Below, piece by piece: positions 55,146-64,000 of a stretch of 64,000 bases of DNA. The stretch covers positions 29,822,001 to 29,886,000 of the forward strand of contig NC_043008.1 in NCBI RefSeq assembly GCF_006345805.1. Reading direction: 5' to 3'. The position numbers and the translations under genes were made by a program. The notes beneath the pieces were generated by a model that worked only from the letters and a program-made list of their open reading frames with translations, was not told where the DNA came from and did no database searches. The first letter of the stretch is position 1. The number at the start of each line of letters is the position of its first letter. This DNA comes from Octopus sinensis. Its lineage: Eukaryota.

Positions 55146-57423
55146 GGTGATAATCATGATGATGATGATGATAGTATATAAGTCCATAATACGTGATAAA
55201 TCTTAAGAATTTTTTCCCTGAGAGATTATTAGACATGTGTCCTTGGCATAGTTTATTATGAACTGTTTTGCATCAATCTCAATTCAATTTCGTATATTTC
55301 TAAGCCTTAGCTACTTATCTTTATTTTTTAATATTTTACACCTAATAGGAGAAAGATAAACATTTCAAATATTCCATGTGATTCAAATTATATTCGCTTT
55401 TCACTATTATGGATTTCATACGAAACTTCTTCATGTCCTGGGAAAGATAAGAGCAGATAATTGTTTTGATACATCTCTCAAGAGAGCAAGAGAAAATGAA
55501 ATATTTTCATGTTGCACTACACAACAACGAAAAAATGCTCAATTCTTTGCAGAAATATAATTCAGCAGCTTGTATACTTGTTATAGAAATATTTCTGCAT
55601 CTTTGGTGCTGGTAGCGTCACTGAGATCATAGCCACTTTGGTACTTATGATCAGTCTGATTATTTTTTTGCCGATCACTTCTTTTATTATTGCATTCGAA
55701 ATATAAAAATAAAGCAAAATGTATATTGCACAAAAACACCGAAAGACGCAATCGCGTAAATGCATGTTACTCTATTTTATCCATTACATATCGCTCCGAA
55801 TGGATAAACTCATTTATTTCCTCTAGATACCATCTAAATACTATCGATTTTCCTCCCTCTCCACACAAAGCTCTGAAGCTGGCTATATGCTTTACAGGTA
55901 CCAGGTCAGAAGTGGAATTAAGAAAGCAATGAATTATGCTAGGTACCATGAATTATTTTGTCAGGCACTGAAAGCTCTGAGAATTCGCATAGAAATGCAG
56001 ACGTACAAAAACACTCACTCGATTACAGATTCACTAATAAACGGTCTCTTCTACTACATCTACTGGTTTGGTGAGTGGGTGACGGGACTCATATAGACTA
56101 ATCATTGCGCAAGTATACTCGATAAAGTGATTCACTGCATTCCGCATATAGTGGGATATAAACGTTCATCTACAGGAAAAGTATTTTATTCTACAGATGA
56201 ATACGTACACGCCCAAATAAATGTTAAATTCTACCCACTTTCATTTATTCAAATTCTCGAATGGATGTAGATACACACATGGTTTCAGGTGTTCAGTGTT
56301 TGTGTAGACCGCTTCCGTACCGATTTATTTTACTAAAGATGCTAGTAAATTAGAAAAAATAATTTAAACAGACTTCTTTGCAAAGAAAATTCTTGAATAC
56401 TTTAACGTTTATTTCTTTTGACATATCTAAGTAAAATAATTCTGATGATTTCTAAAATACACAAAAATATTTCACGCTTTGTTTAGAATTTATAATAGCA
56501 CTTAATATGACAGACTGTCAATAGGATAAAGAGAAAATGTTCGAGGGGTGATGAATAAACTGAACAGAATACAAATAAACACTGTTCCCCCTCCATATTT
56601 TCAATAAAATTATATTTCTCAGAAAATACGAAGTAACTTTTAGATTGTCTAAAGACATACACTGACCGCACAGACTAGAAAACGTCGACTTGTTAAAAGC
56701 TGATTACAAATTAGTTTGTTCTGCGATATAAACTGTTGTTTATTTCTTCATGGTCAGACACTAAACCATCATACATATCAGAGATGTAGCACGGCATATT
56801 TTCTCATCATCACAAAATTAAGTTACATACCTTATTTATATCATTTGCTCAGCTATTTCGTTCTACATTTCGGCTGTTGTAAAACATATGTTTCATTCTG
56901 AGTTTACAAAAGACAGATTTTATGTTGAACTACTTTCCCACATCAAATGCTATTTGTTTTCATATATTCCACAGAAAGTAGCCATTGTCAGTTATCTGGA
57001 GTTGTATACAAAGAGACCTAAAACTGTCAGTAATACTCGAGCAGTAAACCCCAGAGGTATTTAAAATGCTTGTAGTTTATGCACCTGTGAGTTAAACTGT
57101 ATATCTGGTATCTTACCATTGACAATACAATAAGTGAAATTTGTTAAACATTCCATTTCAATCTATTCTAACATTAATCTGTATATAGCTAACTCATACA
57201 GATACAAATCTTGTACTAAGAACACAAGAATGGTGTTCTTAGCACATAAGATTTATAATAAAATGCGTGCTCTGTAACCTACTGTTCTGTAGTTCAAAAG
57301 TGTGTCTAAAGAAATTACTAGGAGGACTATACCATAACATCCAATCTGCAATGAGCTAAATATCATAAGTATTATTTTTATTTATTAATTTTTTATTATT
57401 ATTATTGTTATTGTTTTTATTAA

Positions 57424-57455
<32 letters not shown>

Positions 57456-57508
57456 TATTATATTATTATATTATTATTATTATTATTATTACAATTATTA
57501 TTATCATT

Positions 57509-58655
57509 CAGTAGTTTTATTTTTATAGCGTGCTTTCACTTCACTACCGAGCGCAGCTCTGTGTGCCTTGGGTATGTGCTGTGATTTGTTGTGATGCTCT
57601 GATGGTTATTGTATGGAAAGTGTTCTGCGTAGGATGTGTGCAGTGCCTAGTAGTGCAATTTTCTGTATGTTATATGTGTTTGTAAGTCCTGGTGTTTTTG
57701 TTATGTATTTGTCAGAATATTTTTTTATCATGCCTAATGCACCTACTATGATAGGAATTGTTTCTGTTTTCAGATTCCACATTCTAGTTACCTCTATTTC
57801 CAGGTCTTTGTATTTTGAGAGTTTCTCCATTTCTTTTAGAGACACGTTGTCATCTGCCGGTATTGATACATCAATTAGAAAGCATTTTTTTTCTTCGTGA
57901 TCTCTGACAACTATATCTGGTCTGTTGGCCTTAATTTCTCTATCTGTGTGTATCGGCATATCCCAGAGTATGGTTGCTTTCTCGTTTTCTGTGACCTTTT
58001 CTGGTGTGTGCCTATACCATCTTTTTTCTGTTGTTATTCCATAATGTTGGCATAGCTTCCAATGTATGTAGGTTCAAACTCTGTCATGTCTGTGAATATA
58101 TTCCTTCTTAGCCAGGACTGGGCAGCTAGAGATAATATGATTTATTGTTTCTTGTCCATCTCCACATATTCTGCAGTTACTTGTAATATTTCTTTTCATT
58201 ACATGTTTTTGGTAATTTCTGGTGGGGAGGCTTTGGTCTTGTGCTGCAATTAAAAATCCCTCTGTCTCTGCTTTGAGTCCTGAGCTTCTCAACCATTGCT
58301 GGGATTTTTCTTTGTCTATTTCTTTTGCGTTTAGTTTAGTCCAGTATTTACCATGAAGGGGCTTTTCTTGCCATCGTTTTATCATGGTTCGTTGCTGTTC
58401 TATATTTAGTTTGGATTTCATTTGTTTTATAGCTTTTGTTGTTTCTTCTTCTTCTTCTTCTTTTCTTCTTCTTCTTCTTCTTCTTCTTCTTCTTCTTCTT
58501 CTTCTTCTTCTCTTCTTCTTCTTCTTCTTCTTCTCTTCTTCTTCTTCTTCTTCTTCTTTTCTTCTTCTTCTTCTTCTTCTTCTTCTTCATGTTTATTAGG
58601 TGGTATGATTTCTTGTTTGTATTTGTCAGCTTCCTTAAATACTGAGAACAGTTTT
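57509..58655 (-). mobile_element. 5'-truncated R4/Dong element (CCHC + REL), containing a (CTT)n expansion
   Basis: ORFs 58074-58421 (KPLHG, AAQDQ, CRICGDGQETINHIISSC, RHD) and 57606-57959 (NRPDIVV, KYKDL); (ATT)n flanks. Confidence 0.92.
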
Positions 58656-58673
58656 ATTATTATTACTATTATT

Positions 58674-59133
58674 CAGTAGTTTTATTTTTATAGCGTGCTT
58701 TCATTTCACTACCGAGCACAGCTCTGTGTGCCTTGGGTATGTGCTGTGATTTGTTGTGATGCTCTGATGGTTATTGTATGGAAAGTGTTCTGCGTAGGAT
58801 GTGTGCAGTGCCTAGTAGTGCAATTTTCTGTATGTTATATGTGTTTGTAAGTCCTGGTGTTTTTGTTATGTATTTGTCAGAATATTTTTTTATCAAGCCT
58901 AATGCACCTACTATGATAGGAATTGTTTCTGTTTTCAGATTCCACATTCTAGTTACCTCTATTTCCAGGTCTTTGTATTTTGAGAGTTTCTCCATTTCTT
59001 TTAGAGACACGTTGTCATCTGCCGGTATTGATACATCAATTAGAAAGCATTTTTTTTCTTCATGATCTCTGACAACTATATCTGGTCTGTTGGCCTTAAT
59101 TACTCTATCTGTGTGTATCGGCATATCCCAGAG
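58674..59133 (-). mobile_element. Second, shorter copy of the same R4/Dong family (REL + 3'UTR)
   Basis: Near-identical to 57509-57968; ORF 58771-59136. Confidence 0.92.
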
Positions 59134-59200
<67 letters not shown>

Positions 59201-59201
<1 letters not shown>

Positions 59202-62200
59202 CTTTATTTTTCTTCTTTCAAATTTGCTTCCATTTCTTGCCGAGTGTCTTCCCGACTCCTAGGGCAAAGAAACTCATAGTATACATTGGTAGGCCATTAA
59301 ACCAAACTCAGTTGTTCGTTCATTTTTTTTTTTTTTTTAAGTTAACTTAAAATACATGAGCAGCAACAGTTCTCACATCGACAATGCTCTTCTCAATACG
59401 TGTGATGTACCAGTTAAGACAATCTTTTGCACTTCTTGCAGGGATGGTAAGCCAGGGATCATTCTCATATAACTTTCGGTTCCCTTCCTGATCATTCCTA
59501 GTGCTCCTACGATCACTGGTATTGTAACCGCCTTGAGATGCCACATTTTCTCAATTTCAATGAGTAGGTCTTTATATTTCCTGAGCTTGTCAAACTCTTT
59601 CGCTGAGATATTATGAACACAGGGGATGCTCATGTCGATCAATAAGCAAACTTTATTGTTTTGGTCTTTCACAACAATATCTGGTTTATTGGCCTTGATG
59701 GTTCGGTCTGTATGTACTGGAAAGTCCCACAGAATGGTTACATTTTCTCCTTCAGTTACAGCCTCAGGGTGGTGATTATACCACTTGTCGGCAGTTTTGA
59801 TATAGTAATGCCGACTTATTAGCCAGTGGAGATATTGGCCAACTCTGTCATGTCTTAATTTATACTCCACTGGTGCTAAGACTTTACATCTAGAGATTAG
59901 GTGGTCCACTGTTTCAATCATGTCGTTGCAGAATCGGCATTTTGGGTCTGCTCCATTTTTCATCACATTGGCCTGGTAGTTCCGGGTTAATAGGCTTTGA
60001 TCTTGAGCAGCCAGGATGAAACCTTCGCTCTCTGCTTTTAGCCCTGAGCTCCGTAGCCACTGATGGGTTTGCTTCTGGTCAACATCAGCTTGTTTGCTGC
60101 GGGTCACATATTTGCCGTGCAGAGGTTTCTCCTCCCACCTATTAGCCAATTGCTCGTGCGCTTTTTTCATTGCCATCATTTTCACCTTCTTTGCAGCAAT
60201 AGTTGCCGTACTACCCTCGGGTTGTTCAGTTTGGGTATCCTGCACGAGATCAATAGCAAATTTTTTGCTTTCCTTTATGATAGAATGAAGCTTCTTTCGT
60301 CTCTCATGATTTTCCACGAGCTTTAGCATCCAGTCATTCGATATTTCGAGATATTTGGCCAGTCCAATTGTGGTTGTTTTGTAAGCTAGTTCAAATTGGA
60401 TCAGACCTCGACCTCCTTGGGCTCTGGGAATGTAAAGGCGATCTACGTCTGCCTTTGGGTGGTGCATCCTATTACAACTCAGCAGCTTGCGTATTTTTCT
60501 ATCTATATTCTTTACTTCACTCATATTCCAGTTCAACACATTGTAGCTATAAGTAACAACTGGAACTGCTAAGGAATTTATAGCTAACACCTTGTTACGT
60601 GCATTTAGTTCAGATTTCAGGACTGCACGAACTCTCCTATAATATTCCTTCCCGATTTTCTCTTTCATGCTTGTATGCTGAATACCAGAGCCTTCATTTA
60701 TCCCTAAATATGTGTATGTTTGTTCTTGCTCAAGCTCTCTTATGACTGTGTCAACATCTAACACGACTGAATTTGTGGTCTTCACTTTTCCTTTCTGGAA
60801 AGTGGCCTTGGCACACTTCTCAAGTCCAAACTCCATCCCGATGTCATCGCTGAATGCTTTCACGGTGCGCAATAGGCCTTCAAGTTCATTATTGTCTTTA
60901 CCATAAAGTTTTAAGTCATCCATATAAAATAGATGGCTTATTTTTTTATTGGCAATTTTATACCCTTACCCTGTTCTGTTTAATTCACTTGTAAGGGGTA
61001 TTAGGGCTATGCAGAATATTAAAGGTGAAAGTGAGTCACCTTGAAAAATTCCACAGTTGATGTTTATATTTTCTGAGGCAAGTACTCCATTAGAGTGGTA
61101 TAATTGGAGATTCGTATTCCACAACGACATATTGTGCTTCAGGAAGTTTGAAATCACAGGGGAAATTTTGAAGATGCCCAGCGATCTCAAGATCCATGGA
61201 TGCGGTATACTGTCGAAGGCCTTTTTATAGTCAATCCATGCGGTGCTGAGTTTTCTGCGCTTGTTGTGACAGTTCTCAAGGATCATACGATTGATTAGCA
61301 GTTGATCTTTGCATCCGTAAGAGCCTCGGCGGCACCCTTTTTGTTCCATGGGGAAAATATCGTTCTTCTCCATGAATGCATATGTTTTCTCCGCCAGGAT
61401 AGATGTTAGGATTTTATACGTGGTGGATAGACAGGTTATAGGCCGATAGTTTTTTGGAAGGTTGGTTTCGTTATTCTTTGGGAGTAGGTAAGTAATGCCA
61501 CTTGCTAACCATTCAGGTGTTTTCTTTGGGTCTCTCATAATTCCATTGAGCAGCTGAACTAGCTTACCGTGTGCGCATGGGAGCGATGCGAGCCAGAAAT
61601 TCGGCACCCTATCTTTACCGGGGGATTTCCAATTATGGGCCTTCGTGAGTGCCTTTCTTAGGCCTGCTATTGTGATGTCTTCCCATGCTTGTTGTTGTAA
61701 ATTTTGGTAGGATCCTTCAGTTTGTATAATCCAGTCTGCATTTATGTTGTACGTCTTCTTGTCACTCCAAATCCTTTTCCAAAAGTTTTGAACTTCTTCC
61801 ATGGGAGGGGGGTCTTTAACGGTTACTTTCTCCTTCCCTATTTCTCTGTAGAATTTTTTGGCATTGGATGTGAACAGCGTTTTTGCTTGTTTCTCTTCTC
61901 AAATCTTCGTATTCTTTGGACTTTTGCTTGGACTTTTTGTTTCAGCGTTTCTTTTATTGATATCAGTTCTTCTCTTGGTGAGGATCCAAATTTTCTCTTC
62001 ATCTTTCTTCCTGTTCTGGATCTTACATCATTTCCACATATTAGTTCATTTAATATTGATATTTCCCCTCTCATAAATTCAATCTCTTTTTCAATTTTAC
62101 TTCTCCAGGTTTGATTTCTTCCCAGGTTTTGTTTTCTTTGTTTTTTCGGGGGCATACAGCTGGTTTCAATTGCCCTAGCAGAAGCGTAAATAATTTCATT

Positions 62201-63122
62201 TAACTCAGTAAAATCAGGTTTTATTTCTCGTATTATTTCATTTGTTATATAGTTGCCAATTTTGATTTGTTTTTTATTTTGGTTTGTATTTGAGAGTTTA
62301 TGAAGTGGTTCTCTATCATTCATACTTGTATGTTTTACAACTTCAAGCGTATTCAGGATTTTCTGCCTCATTTCTGCCATAGACTCTCTGTGTTCTTCAG
62401 CAAATGCGAGATCTTCAGTTACTGTTTTTTCGTTTTCCTGGCTATCTTTAACAGGTACAATAGAATTTCTTGTATCTTCAGGCCTTTGCGTACATTGGTC
62501 AGATGGCAGTCTTTCAATTAAGCCTCGTGGCGGGCTATACTGTTCATCTGATTATTCATTTCCTTTGTGTCTTATATTTATGTCATTTTCCGTTATGTGC
62601 TTGATCGCGCTTATTTCACTGTCTGTGAGTCTGTTATTTCTAGGGATATCCCTCCTCACATTTGCTAATTTGTTCTCGTCCAAATAGGGCCTACTGTCTT
62701 GATTCCGTGTTCTCCATGTACTGTAAGAGTTTCCGGTGTGTCTCTCTTGAGATGGCCTACCTAATGCATAGTAATAAGCGTATATTACTTCTTTATACTC
62801 TTCTCGGGTCCATTTGTTCCGCTTACATTTTTCTTTCTGTGGTGGTTGTGGTGGTGAACTTGGAGGGCTCGAGTTGGGGGATTTCCCGTTCAAGTGACCA
62901 TCCATGTCCGTATTCGGAGAAGAGCTTGTGCCAGTTGATGACTTTTCGATCCCAGGCTGGCTCTTCCCTGGGGGACGCGCTTCCAGATTAACCATAGGAC
63001 AAGCGATTTGGTATACTGATTTAGTTTTCCTTTTAGTTTCCAAAAACATTTTGGTGCTACGATAATGTTATCATTTTTTAGCTTTGATTGGCTCGTGGGG
63101 AGACGGCCATCATTGCCGTTAC
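59201..63122 (-). mobile_element. Near-full-length R4/Dong-clade REL-endonuclease retrotransposon
   Basis: N-terminal Myb-like segment (KWTREEYKEVIYAYY), RT, CCHC, REL domain; 3' end abuts (ATT)n. Confidence 0.93.
59373..63049 (-). pseudogene. Single R4-type ORF broken into four pieces (62552-63049, 61838-62380, 60966-61802, 59373-60923)
   Basis: KSPGKD, YRPITCL, EQKG, DYKKAFDS, GIFQGDSLSP, HLFYMDD, YLG; CRFCNDMIETVDHLISRC; RHD...KPD...D...KY. The stop at 60966 is in frame with the last ORF. Confidence 0.93.
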
Positions 63123-63548
63123 AATTATAACCGTACCATTATAGCAGCCGTAGTCGGCTTATTATTGTTATTATCATCACCATTACCATCACTATCATCA
63201 TTATCACCACCATTACCATCATCATTATCATCATCACCATCACCATCACCATCATCATCATCAATGATATTGTTTTATGTGTAGTCACAGCAGTATCTTA
63301 TTATTATTATTTTTGTTTTTTTTATCATTATCACCATCACAGTAGTGTCTGTCTGTCTCGTTGGCTGGCTTGGTGGTTGGCTGGCTGACTGTCTTCAACA
63401 CCAGAGTTCTTGCCTGTCAAATAATACTTTCTTTGTGTTGGTTGAACTCTTTGAGTGTGTGTGTGTGTGTAGATAGATAGATAGATTATCAGCACTATTA
63501 CTATCATTATTATCATCATCACCATCATCACCATCACCATCAGTGATA

Positions 63549-64000
63549 TTTTTTTTTTTTTTTTTAGGTGGGGTCCTATCGGTCAAAAAAAGTTCAGATG
63601 TTTACTACTATTAGGCTTAAGAAAAATTAAGGAAGGGCTGTTCTGTATTGTTTGTGAATAGAGAAGTTGTGTTCGACCAGAGAGAATCTTAGCATTATCA
63701 TTTTTTTTTCCATGTGCGTTTGTGTTATTGCAATAAAAAGTGTTTGTATATTTCCTGTAAGGTAATATTGTGGAGGTTGAGGTTGACTTTTCTAGAGATG
63801 TTTGTATGTCCAGTTAGAAGAACAGGTGTGTTTTTACAATAAAAAGTATATGTTTACATTTATATTTGAATATTCAGGGAGGAAGCAAAGAAAAGTCAGA
63901 TTTTCATAGAAAGTTTTAGGGTTTTGTAAGTCCACAAAAAGAAAAGCGTGATGTTTTTAGAGAGAAGAAAAAAAAAGGATGTTTACAGAGGCAATTGTGG
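63549..64000 (-). mobile_element. Possible 3' end of a decayed LINE with a poly(A) tail
   Basis: T-run at 63549-63565 followed by strand-biased sequence (A/C-rich on minus); no diagnostic motif recognised. Confidence 0.3.

Noticed and set aside
57613-60906. Plus-strand ORFs overlapping the R4 elements
   Set aside because: Antisense shadows of the minus-strand retrotransposon ORF
63060-63122. Possible HDV-like ribozyme at the 5' end of the R4 element (tccccac resembles an L3 loop)
   Set aside because: Could not build P1/P2/P4 pairings by eye; an HDV descriptor search would be needed

Overview
AT-rich, microsatellite-saturated eukaryotic DNA with no recognisable host protein-coding exon. The SINE families and the density of (TA)n/(CA)n/(TAGA)n/(ATT)n repeats suggest an octopus (cephalopod) intron or intergenic region; this is an inference from memory, not a database result. 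Almost all ORFs in the track are translations of microsatellites. The real content is mobile DNA: (1) R4/Dong-clade REL-endonuclease non-LTR retrotransposons stacked in (ATT)n tracts at about 21.2-26.8 kb, 54.4-55.1 kb and 57.5-63.1 kb, including one near-full-length copy; (2) decayed Penelope-like elements (RT and GIY-YIG remnants); (3) two Tc1/mariner relics; (4) at least three tRNA-type SINE families; (5) a probable solo LTR. The most interesting signal is a set of short non-coding elements, often fold-back (inverted-repeat), sitting in (TA)n tracts and carrying minimal type-I hammerhead ribozyme (HHR) motifs. One is textbook-intact (47792-47836), a relative shows compensatory changes (51819-51863), and roughly ten more variant or decayed motifs come from several unrelated families. 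All structures were folded by eye and need computational and biochemical confirmation.
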